DNA from: Miltoncostaeales bacterium
GTDB taxonomy: Bacteria; Actinomycetota; Thermoleophilia; Miltoncostaeales; Miltoncostaeaceae
Direction: 5' to 3'
DNA length: 64,000 nt
NCBI GenBank assembly: GCA_030833665.1
Contig: JAURGT010000003.1
Coordinates: forward strand, 6,533-70,532
The notes below the pieces were generated by a model. It searched no databases. It saw nothing but the letters and a program-made list of their open reading frames with translations, and was not told the DNA's origin. The translations under genes were made by a program, and so were the position numbers. Below are positions 34,927 to 42,547 of the stretch, in pieces. The first letter of the stretch is position 1, and every line of letters begins with the position of its first letter.

Positions 34927-37082
34927 GACGGGATTGTCCCCGCCTCCCCGCCGTCGCGCCCACGCCGACCCGGGAGCCACCAGTTCCACTTGCCGCAGAG
35001 GCTCATGACCGCCGGCACGAGCATGAGACGGATGATCGTGGCGTCGACGAGCACGGCGGTGGCGAGCCCGATGCCGAGCATCTTCACCACGACGTTGTCG
35101 TTCAGCACGAAGGCCAGGAAGACGCTCACCATGATCAGCGCCGCGGCTGAGATCACGCGCGCCGTCGATGCCAGGCCGAGCGCCACCGAGCCATGCGGGT
35201 CGCCGGTCTGCTTCCACCCCTCCCGCATGCGGGAGAGCAGGAAGACCTCGTAGTCCATCGACAACCCGAAGAGGATCGCGAACATCATCATCGGCACCCA
35301 CGCCTCGATGGACACCGCCTCGGGCACGCCGATCTGTGCACGCAGGATGCCCCACTGGAAGATGGCCACCACCACGCCGAAGGCCGCGCCCACCGAGAGC
35401 AGGTTCATCACCGCCGCCTGGAGGGGCACGAGGAGCGAGCGGAACTCGACCATCAGCAGCACGAACGAGATGAGGATGACCACGCCGATGAACCACGGCA
35501 GGCGCGAGGCCACGCGGTCGGAGAGGTCGACGCCCACCGCGGTGAGTCCTGTGGCGTACACGGTCGTGCCTGCGCCGGCCACGGGTTGGAGGCGTTGGGC
35601 GAGCTTCTCGACCAGGTCGGTCGTGCGCGGGCTGGCGGGCGCCGTGCCGGGCACCACACTGATCAACGCGACGTCGGCGATGGGCGACCTCACGGGCGGC
35701 GACACCTCGATGACCCCGGCGAGATCGCGCGCCCGATCCGCCACGGCAAGCGCGCTCTGCTTCGCGAGGGGCCCTTCGAGCACGATCTGCACGGGACCGT
35801 TGAAGCCCGGGCCGAAGCCCGTGGAGATCAGCGCGTACGCCTCGCGGGTGGTGGAGCCCGGCGGATCGCTGCCGGCATCGACCTGCCCGAGTTCCATCCG
35901 CAGCACGGGAGCCACCAGCAGCAGGAGCAGGGCCAGCCCGCCCACGAGGAACGGCCAGGGCTTGCGCGTGACCATGAGCGACCACCGGGCCCAGCCGTGC
36001 ATGCGGTCCGGCGGGACGTCGATGTCCACCGGCCGGGGTCCCGAGACGAACGGGAGGCGCCAGCGCCCCAAGCCGGTTCCCGCGATCGCGAGTGCGGCCG
36101 GCAGGAGGGTGATGGCGGCCAGCACGGCGATGACCACCGCAATGGCCGCGCTCTGGCCGAGCCGCGTCACGAATGGGATTCCGGCGGCTGCGAGCCCGAG
36201 CACGGCGACCGCCACCGTGCCACCTGCGATCACCACGGCCCGGCCCGCCGTGGACGTGGCGCGCGCGACCGACTCGCGCACGTCCACGCCGTCGGCCACC
36301 TGCTCCGCATGGCGGGTGACCACGAACAGGGCGTAGTCCACAGAAACGCCGAGGCCGATCATCACGGCGAGCGTGCGACCGACGTCGCTGACGTCGGTGA
36401 CGGCCTGCAGCACGGCGAGCACGGCAAGCGCGGACCCCACCGCCACGAGCGCCCCCACCACGGGTATCGCCATGGTCACGACGGATCCGAAGGCGAGCAG
36501 CAGGATGACGATCGCCGCGACAATGCCCACCGCCGCCGACCAGTCGGTGCCCGCCGCCTCGGCCTGCGCCGCGGGCGCGCCGGAGTAGGCCACCGTGAGC
36601 CCGGCGCGCTCGAGCGGCTGCGCCGCCTCGCGCACGCGATCCAGTTGCGCCGGGCCGAGGTCCCCGGGCGGGGTGGACCACTCGATGCCCATCAGCGCGG
36701 TGCGCCCATCCGGGGATACCGTCCCGGGCCGGCCGGGCGGCTGCACCGACGCCACGCCGGCCACGGCGCGCAGGCGCTCTGCCGTCTCGGCAATCGCCGC
36801 ACGCGGGGGCCCGGTGAGCAGCGTGCCGCGCTCGGCGCGGATCACCACCTGGCCATCGGTCGCCCCCTGCCCCGGGAATGCCCGCTGCAGCACGGCAGCG
36901 CCCTCCGCCGCGGGAAGGCCGGGGACCGAGAGGTTGTCGGAGGGCTTCCCGCCCAGGGCCGATCCCAGGAGCGTCAACCCGACGAGCGCGACCACCCAGG
37001 CGCCGAGCACCCACCAGCGGCGGCGCGCGCACCAGGCGCCGAGCCGACCGAGGAGCGTGGTGGTGTCACCGTTCCGGGCCAT
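34923..37082 (-). CDS. MMPL-family (RND superfamily) transporter
   Basis: ATG 37082 (MARNGDTTTLLGRLGAW). 719 aa. LGVSVDYALFVVTRH and LSMDYEVFLLSRMREGW motifs. The track start at 37247 is a spurious extension. Confidence 0.9.
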   Translation of the reverse strand: MARNGDTTTLLGRLGAWCARRRWWVLGAWVVALVGLTLLGSALGGKPSDNLSVPGLPAAEGAAVLQRAFPGQGATDGQVVIRAERGTLLTGPPRAAIAETAERLRAVAGVASVQPPGRPGTVSPDGRTALMGIEWSTPPGDLGPAQLDRVREAAQPLERAGLTVAYSGAPAAQAEAAGTDWSAAVGIVAAIVILLLAFGSVVTMAIPVVGALVAVGSALAVLAVLQAVTDVSDVGRTLAVMIGLGVSVDYALFVVTRHAEQVADGVDVRESVARATSTAGRAVVIAGGTVAVAVLGLAAAGIPFVTRLGQSAAIAVVIAVLAAITLLPAALAIAGTGLGRWRLPFVSGPRPVDIDVPPDRMHGWARWSLMVTRKPWPFLVGGLALLLLLVAPVLRMELGQVDAGSDPPGSTTREAYALISTGFGPGFNGPVQIVLEGPLAKQSALAVADRARDLAGVIEVSPPVRSPIADVALISVVPGTAPASPRTTDLVEKLAQRLQPVAGAGTTVYATGLTAVGVDLSDRVASRLPWFIGVVILISFVLLMVEFRSLLVPLQAAVMNLLSVGAAFGVVVAIFQWGILRAQIGVPEAVSIEAWVPMMMFAILFGLSMDYEVFLLSRMREGWKQTGDPHGSVALGLASTARVISAAALIMVSVFLAFVLNDNVVVKMLGIGLATAVLVDATIIRLMLVPAVMSLCGKWNWWLPGRRGRDGGEAGTIPS

Positions 37083-37126
37083 GACGGGGCGGGACGGTAG
37101 CGGACCCGCCACGGCGGGCGGAGGCG

Positions 37127-37912
37127 GTGCGTGGCATGCTCGCGCCCGTGGGCGACCTCGGAATCTGGGCCCTGTTCTTCGCCCTCCTCGGCGGCATCGG
37201 CGGCGGCTTCGTGAACTCGGTGGCGGGCGGCGGCACCCTCGTGACATTCCCGGTGCTCACGGCCGTGGGGATACCCGCGCTCGACGCGAACATCACGAAT
37301 GCGGTCGCGCTCTCGCCCGGGTACGCCGGGGGCACGTACGCCCAGCGGCGTGACTTCATGGGACGCCGCGACCTGGCGCGACTGCTGGCTATCACGTCGA
37401 TCCTGGGCGGCGTGACGGGCGGGGTGCTGCTCATCCTCACCGGCGAGGAGCTCTTCGAGCAGCTCGTTCCGTGGCTCATCTTCGCCGCCACCGCCCTGCT
37501 CGCCGCCCAGAAGCCCCTGAGGCGCATCACCATCGGCGCCCGCGGCGATACCGGTGAGATGAGCCGGACGGTGCTGGTGGTGTCCATCTTCGTGGCCACG
37601 GTCTATGGCGGGTACTTCGGCGCCGGCCTCGGGATCATCACCATCGCGATCCTCGGGCTTATACTCACCGACACCCTCAATCGCCTGAATGCCCTCAAGC
37701 TTCTGATGTCGCTGTGCGCGAACGGTGCGGCCGCGATCTTCTTCGCCTTCACCGGATACGTGTACTGGGGCGCGGCGATCCTCATGGGCGTGGGCGCCTG
37801 GGCGGGCGGGTGGATCGGCGGAAAGACAGTGCAGCACCTGAACGAGGCGGTGTTCCGCGTCGGGGTCATCCTCCTCGGCATCGCCATCGGGTTCGCCTTC
37901 CTGCTGGCCTGA
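37127..37912 (+). CDS. TauE/SafE-family (DUF81) sulfite/anion exporter
   Basis: Track ORF. GGGFVNSVAGGGTLVTFPVL and GGYFGAGLGIITIAIL repeats, about 8 TM. ATG 37136 is an alternative start. Confidence 0.85.
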   Translation: MRGMLAPVGDLGIWALFFALLGGIGGGFVNSVAGGGTLVTFPVLTAVGIPALDANITNAVALSPGYAGGTYAQRRDFMGRRDLARLLAITSILGGVTGGVLLILTGEELFEQLVPWLIFAATALLAAQKPLRRITIGARGDTGEMSRTVLVVSIFVATVYGGYFGAGLGIITIAILGLILTDTLNRLNALKLLMSLCANGAAAIFFAFTGYVYWGAAILMGVGAWAGGWIGGKTVQHLNEAVFRVGVILLGIAIGFAFLLA

Positions 37913-37955
37913 CCGACCCCGGGGCGCGCGCCGCGCGAGCGCCTACGATCAGGGC

Positions 37956-39197
37956 ATGCCGCTGGCCATCGCCACCATCGATGCGCCCCTCGTCGACGAG
38001 GGGCTGCGCGAACAGGGCGTCGAGCCGATCGTCATCGAGTGGACACCCCCGGCGCGCGGGGACCTCGCCGACGTCGCACTGCTCACCCGCGCGTACGCCG
38101 ACGACGACATCGAGGCCGGCAACCGGCAGGCCCTCGCGCTGCTCGATGCCGCGCGACCGCACCTGGTCGGCGCGGGCCTCGCGGCAGATCTCGTGCCCGG
38201 AATGGACGCCCGGGTAATCCTCCACGCCGGCCCGCCGTGCGACTGGGACCGTCTCGGCCCCGCCATGCGCGGCCAGGTGGCCCGCGCTGCGATGCTCGAG
38301 GGCTGGGCGCCCGACCAGGGCGAGGCGGCGGCGCTGATCTCGCAGGGGTCCATCACCCTCGCACCCACCGACGCACACGGAGTGGTGGCAACCATGTGCG
38401 GCGTGCTCTCGCCCTCGATGGCCGTGTGGGCCGTGCGCGACGAACAGACCGGCGCCGAGGCGTGGGCACCGATCTCCGATGGCGCAGGCGACGGCCTGCC
38501 GGCGGGATCCCGCACGCGCGACCTGATCGCGCGCCAGCGCATGCTCTCCGATCGCGTGGCGCCCGGAGTGGCGGCGGCGCTCGACGCCACAGGACCGATC
38601 GACCTCACAGGGGTGGCCCGCCGCGCCGCACACGCCGGGGACTCGCCCACCTGCCGCCCGCAGGTCGCCGGGATGATGATCCTCCACGCTCTGCTCCCGG
38701 GGCTCGCCTCCCGTGCCCTCGACGCGGTGCCCGCGGTCGCCCTCATCGCCGACGCCGAGGGCCGCATGGCGTTGCCCGTGCTCGCAGCCGCGGCGCGCGC
38801 TTCGCTGCAGTCGGCTCTTGGCGTGCCCCGCTCGAGCCTGGTCATCGGGATGTCCGGCAATGGCACAGACGTGGCCATCACGCTCGCAGGAATTCCCGGC
38901 GCATGGTTCACCGCGCCGGCGCCCATCGCCGAGGACCGCGGCTCCGGCGAGGGCGCGGCCCTTGCGGACGCCGCCCCATGGACCGGCGACCAGGGGGTGA
39001 TCGCATGCGCGGAGATGGCCATCGACGCCCGCCTCTGCCTCGACGCGGGCGAGGCGCCGGGCATCGAGATGGGCATCGCGAGCCGTACCGACGGCGCGTG
39101 GATCGGCGAGGGCATCGCCCGCGTTCCGATGCCGGCCGTGCGTGATGCGCTCGACGCCCTCGCTCCCAATGGGCGTCCGTCGCAGGCGCCCGCATGA
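37956..39197 (+). CDS. DUF1116 (YlbE/AllG-like) protein
   Basis: Track ORF. N-terminal ...ANRQALALLDAARPHLVG...VPGM....ILHAGPP..W..L.P.MRG....A...EGWA resembles my memory of YlbE-type proteins. Not verified by a search. Confidence 0.65.
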   Translation: MPLAIATIDAPLVDEGLREQGVEPIVIEWTPPARGDLADVALLTRAYADDDIEAGNRQALALLDAARPHLVGAGLAADLVPGMDARVILHAGPPCDWDRLGPAMRGQVARAAMLEGWAPDQGEAAALISQGSITLAPTDAHGVVATMCGVLSPSMAVWAVRDEQTGAEAWAPISDGAGDGLPAGSRTRDLIARQRMLSDRVAPGVAAALDATGPIDLTGVARRAAHAGDSPTCRPQVAGMMILHALLPGLASRALDAVPAVALIADAEGRMALPVLAAAARASLQSALGVPRSSLVIGMSGNGTDVAITLAGIPGAWFTAPAPIAEDRGSGEGAALADAAPWTGDQGVIACAEMAIDARLCLDAGEAPGIEMGIASRTDGAWIGEGIARVPMPAVRDALDALAPNGRPSQAPA

Positions 39198-39877
39198 GCC
39201 CCGGCCGCATCGCCAGCGTGGTCGTGGCCGGGCTCGTGGTCGCTGGCGTCGTCATCGCCGGCGCCATGGCCCTCGGCGGCACCAGCCAGTTGGCCCCACC
39301 CGACGCGGCGCAGCCGATCGTGATCGGCGTGGTCGCCGCCCCCGGCGAGGAGCTCACGGGGCCGACCGACCTGCCGCCCCTCGCGGTGGTGCTCGACGAG
39401 CCCGTGCCCGACGCCATCGCGCAGCTCTCGCCATCGGAACAGGTGACTGCCTACCGCGCGGAGGCCGAGGGGGGCGACTCCGACGCCCTCATGCGGCTGG
39501 GGGCCGCGCAGCAACGCGCCGGCGAGCAGGACGCCGCCGCAGGGACATTCCGCAAGGCCGCTGCCGCCGACCCGGAGGGCATCGCCCCCGTGATCGGCCT
39601 CGCGATGGCCGACGCCGCTGCCGGGGACACCGGAATGGCGCGCGGCACGGCCCTGCTGGCACGGGTCACCCGCGACAACCCGGAGAGCCAGCTTGCGTGG
39701 TTCAACCGGGGCTGGCTCGCGACATACCGGCGCGACGGCAAGGACGTCATCGAGTCGTGGAAGCGCGTTGTCACCATCGACCCCGACACGCCCATCGGCA
39801 GGACCGCCGCCGACCTGCTGCGGCGCATCGCCGATCAGGCCGGCGAGCAGGGGAATACCCGCACCAGCGCGGGGTAG
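39194..39877 (+). CDS. membrane-anchored TPR-like repeat protein
   Basis: ATG 39194 overlaps the DUF1116 stop (ATGA). N-terminal TM IASVVVAGLVVAGVVIAGAMAL. Helical-repeat C-terminus (ALMRLGAAQQRAGEQDAAAGTFRKAAAADP..., AWFNRGWLATYR.DGKDVIESWKRVVTIDP). Confidence 0.6.
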   Translation: MSPGRIASVVVAGLVVAGVVIAGAMALGGTSQLAPPDAAQPIVIGVVAAPGEELTGPTDLPPLAVVLDEPVPDAIAQLSPSEQVTAYRAEAEGGDSDALMRLGAAQQRAGEQDAAAGTFRKAAAADPEGIAPVIGLAMADAAAGDTGMARGTALLARVTRDNPESQLAWFNRGWLATYRRDGKDVIESWKRVVTIDPDTPIGRTAADLLRRIADQAGEQGNTRTSAG

Positions 39878-39983
39878 CGGCCTGCCCCGGGCGTGAAGCG
39901 CATGGTCACGAACCGGTAAGGAAGTGGCCGTTCCCCCCCGATACCCCACAGCAGGATGTTTACCCTGTGACGAGAACCTCTTA

Positions 39984-40179
39984 ACCGGCCCATAAGGGCT
40001 GGTGGGGACACTGCCAGGAGCAGCATGCCGGACCTGCGTCCGGCGCGTTGGATCCCCGTCCACCGAGAGGGCCGGCGGGTGAGCAGGCGAAGTGGCAGTC
40101 AGGTGCCGAGGGCACCGAAACGCCCCGGGCGCGACTCGCACCCGGGAATGCTCGACGAAGAGCCCGGTGAGTACCGGGC
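39984..40179 (+). promoter_or_regulatory. highly structured putative 5' leader (or small RNA) upstream of rpoD: five stable hairpins
   Basis: Hand-identified stems at 39984-40003, 40027-40044 (GCCGGAC-CTGC-GTCCGGC), 40102-40116 (GGTGCC-GAG-GGCACC), 40124-40146, and 40162-40179 (GCCCGGT-GAGT-ACCGGGC). The SD GGAAGAGG and ATG 40198 follow. No known RNA family recognised. Confidence 0.3.
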
Positions 40180-40197
40180 CAAAGGGAACGGAAGAGG

Positions 40198-41280
40198 ATG
40201 ACGCTCAAGGAGATCGTGGGCAACGAGGAGATGCAGGTCCTCCTCACCCGTGGGCAGGAGCAGGGCTTCCTCGGCATCGAGGAGGTTGCCGAGGCGCTGC
40301 AGGGCATGGACATCGTCCAGGAGGACGCCGAGGCCCTGTACACGCACATCGACGAGATGGGCATCGAGCTGCTCGAGGAGCCCGACGCCCAGGAGCGCCG
40401 CGCCAAGCTCGCGGAGGAGTCCGAGCGCCCGCGCCGCGTAGCCGCCAAGGCCGAGAGCACCACCGACCTGCTGCAGCTCTTCCTGCGTGACATCGGGCGC
40501 ATCCCGCTGCTCACGGCCAAGCAGGAAGTCGAGCTCGCGAAGCTCATCGAGGAGGGCGACCTCGCCGCCAAGCAGAAGATGGTGGAGAGCAACCTCCGCC
40601 TCGTCGTCTCGATCGCGAAGAACTACCGCAACCAGGGCCTGGCCTTCCTCGACCTGATCCAGGAGGGCACGCTGGGACTGGTGCGCGCCGCCGAGAAGTT
40701 CGACTACCGCAAGGGCTACAAGTTCTCGACGTACGCCACCTGGTGGATCCGCCAGGCCGTAGCGCGTGCCATCGCCGACAAGGGCCGCACCATCCGCATG
40801 CCCGTGCACGTGGTGGAGAAGCTCAACAAGATCAACCGCACCGAGCGCAAGCTCCTCGCCGAGCTCGGCCGCGACCCGAGCAACGCCGAGATCGGCGCCT
40901 CGATCGGCCTCACCGAGGCCGAGGTGGAGTCGATCCGCCGTAGCGCCCAGACCCCGGTGTCGCTCGAGAAGCCGGTGGGCGACGAGGAGGAGTCGGAGTT
41001 CGGCCAGTTCATCGCCGATGAGAAGGCCATCTCGCCCGAGGCAGCCGCCGACGAGACCCTGCGCAATGAGGCCCTGCAGGAGATCCTCAACTCGCTGTCC
41101 TACCGCGAGCGCCGCGTGCTGGAGCTCCGCTACGGCCTGGGCGGCGAGCAGCCCCGCACGCTCGACGAGGTGGGACGCACGTTCAACGTCACCCGCGAGC
41201 GCATCCGCCAGATCGAGAACCAGGCGCTGCAGAAGCTCGCCGGCATGGTGGACGTCCGCGGCCTCGCCGAGGTCGCCTAG
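40198..41280 (+). CDS. rpoD: principal (group 1) RNA polymerase sigma factor
   Basis: Track ORF. Region 2 [36 protein letters not shown], region 3 IRMPVH, region 4 [15 protein letters not shown]...[24 protein letters not shown]. Confidence 0.95.
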   Translation: MTLKEIVGNEEMQVLLTRGQEQGFLGIEEVAEALQGMDIVQEDAEALYTHIDEMGIELLEEPDAQERRAKLAEESERPRRVAAKAESTTDLLQLFLRDIGRIPLLTAKQEVELAKLIEEGDLAAKQKMVESNLRLVVSIAKNYRNQGLAFLDLIQEGTLGLVRAAEKFDYRKGYKFSTYATWWIRQAVARAIADKGRTIRMPVHVVEKLNKINRTERKLLAELGRDPSNAEIGASIGLTEAEVESIRRSAQTPVSLEKPVGDEEESEFGQFIADEKAISPEAAADETLRNEALQEILNSLSYRERRVLELRYGLGGEQPRTLDEVGRTFNVTRERIRQIENQALQKLAGMVDVRGLAEVA

Positions 41281-41304
41281 CCCGACCCGGCATCAGCAGT
41301 CCCC

Positions 41305-41332
41305 GAACGGCCCGCCAGCGCGCGGGCCGTTC
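41305..41332 (+). terminator. rpoD terminator hairpin
   Basis: GAACGGCCCG (41305-41314) pairs perfectly with CGGGCCGTTC (41323-41332), with an 8-nt loop, 25 nt after the stop. Confidence 0.6.
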
Positions 41333-41346
41333 GCGTGCCCGGCCCC

Positions 41347-41388
41347 CTCCCAATGCATGCGCGAGGCCCTCTGCGCATGCATTGGGGG
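41347..41388. repeat. 14-bp perfect inverted repeat CCCAATGCATGCGC / GCGCATGCATTGGG
   Basis: Arms 41349-41362 and 41373-41386, 10-nt loop. Read directly. Confidence 0.7.
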
Positions 41389-41418
41389 CGATGAACCCCC
41401 GGGGAATCCCGCACCGGT

Positions 41419-41539
41419 CCGGGCTGGGTGGCACGTGGGGTGGCGGCCACTCGCCGAAACGGGATCAGCATTTGCGGGGACCGCAAATGCGGGATCCCCG
41501 GCTGCGATCGCCGCCACCCCCACGTGCCACCCAGCCCGG
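41419..41539. repeat. 121-nt nested inverted repeat (29/30-nt arms enclosing a 10-bp perfect hairpin)
   Basis: Left arm CCGGGCTGGGTGGCACGTGGGGTGGCGGC (41419-41447). Right arm GCCGCCACCCCCACGTGCCACCCAGCCCGG (41510-41539, one extra C). Inner hairpin GCATTTGCGG-GGA-CCGCAAATGC (41468-41490). Confidence 0.7.
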
Positions 41540-41603
41540 CTGTCCGCGCGTCTTCCCCGGGGGCTCAGCGCCCCCGGTGGCCCTCGGCGGTAGGCTTGCG
41601 CGC

Positions 41604-41789
41604 ATGGGTTGGGACGACGACGAGAAGGACGACTGGCCGGAGCGCGAGACCGATCCGGAGGTGATCGCGAAGAAGCGCGAGAACGCCCGGGTGGTGGCGC
41701 TGGGGGCGAACCGCGCGGTGCGGCTCGTCTACGCGACCCTGGCGATCCTGCTGATCATCGTGATCGTCCTCGCCATTGTCCTCACGTAG
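41604..41789 (+). CDS. hypothetical small tail-anchored membrane protein (61 aa)
   Basis: ATG 41604 within track ORF 41382..41789. Acidic N-terminus MGWDDDEKDDWPERETDPE and a single C-terminal TM LVYATLAILLIIVIVLAIVLT. Weak SD. Confidence 0.45.
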   Translation: MGWDDDEKDDWPERETDPEVIAKKRENARVVALGANRAVRLVYATLAILLIIVIVLAIVLT

Positions 41790-42501
41790 CACCGCGGCGG
41801 TCGGGCTGGTGTCCGACCTCTGGCGATACCCCGTGGCGTCGATGGGCGGCGAGCGGCTGCGGCGCGCCTTCCTGGGTCCGCTCGGCGTGCTCGGCGACCG
41901 GCGGGTGATGGTGGCCGACCCGGGCGATGACAGCGCGGTGATCGCCCTGCGCAATCCGCCACTGCTCGCCTACCGGGCGTGGTGCGAGGACGCCGACGGC
42001 GGGGACGACGTGATGGTGGAGACGCCCGAGGGGGACGTGATGGCGTGGGATGACCCGCTGCTCGCCGAGGCGGTCCGCGCCGCGATCGAGCGCGAGGAGC
42101 GCGAGCCGGTGGAGCTCCGCCGATCGCCGGCGGGCGCGCATGCCGACCGGCCCGTGGCGCTGCTGGCGGAGGCCACCATCAGGCAGGTGTCGGACTGGGC
42201 GGGCGACGATGTCGACCGGCGGCGGTTCCGACCCAACCTGATCGTGGAGGCCGAGGACGACCCGTTCCCCGAGGACGCCTGGATGGGCAGGCGCCTCGTC
42301 ATCGGCGACAGCGCCGAGATCGAGGTGATGGCCCCCACGCGGCGATCCGGGGTTCTGAGCCGCGATCCCGACACCGCCGAACGCGACACCCGGGCACACG
42401 CCGCGCTGGCGCGTGAGCGCCGCAACTACGCGGGCGCATGCTGCCGGGTGGCGCGGCCGGGCTGGGTCGCCGTGGGCGACGCCGTTCGGCTGGTCGGCTG
42501 A
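41776..42501 (+). CDS. MOSC-domain protein (MOSC_N beta-barrel + MOSC)
   Basis: Track ORF (TTG 41776; GTG 41809 is an alternative). LWRYPVASMGGE (typical YPVKS-type N-terminus), RFRPNLIV, C-terminal ...GACCRV..PG.V.VGD.V. Confidence 0.75.
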   Translation: MSSRSTAAVGLVSDLWRYPVASMGGERLRRAFLGPLGVLGDRRVMVADPGDDSAVIALRNPPLLAYRAWCEDADGGDDVMVETPEGDVMAWDDPLLAEAVRAAIEREEREPVELRRSPAGAHADRPVALLAEATIRQVSDWAGDDVDRRRFRPNLIVEAEDDPFPEDAWMGRRLVIGDSAEIEVMAPTRRSGVLSRDPDTAERDTRAHAALARERRNYAGACCRVARPGWVAVGDAVRLVG

Positions 42502-42547
42502 CACGACCCGACAGCCGCTGGGAGGGCAGCCGGGCCACGGGCGCCGG

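Noticed and set aside
33022-37032. A 1336-aa ORF that could be read as one giant protein.
   Set aside because: Only the C-terminal 634 aa (from ATG 34926) is protein-like, forming the two hydrolase domains. The N-terminal ~700 aa is an out-of-frame shadow of the MMPL gene, which is clearly encoded in the frame of track ORF 34923..37247.
39878-40197. Whether the rpoD upstream region is a known RNA: cobalamin riboswitch, SRP/4.5S RNA, 6S RNA, RNase P, tmRNA or 6C RNA.
   Set aside because: It contains cccggtgagtaccggg, which is vaguely B12-like. However, it lacks a B12 box, the SRP GGAAGCAGCC-type motif, the RNase P GAGGAAAGTCC motif, and a tmRNA tag or acceptor. The C-rich tract is not presented in two hairpin loops as in 6C RNA. 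It is kept only as an unclassified structured region in the findings.
41281-41603. Whether the repeat-rich region after rpoD is a small CRISPR array.
   Set aside because: The repeats are inverted, not direct. They are not regularly spaced and have different sequences, and no cas genes are present anywhere in the window.
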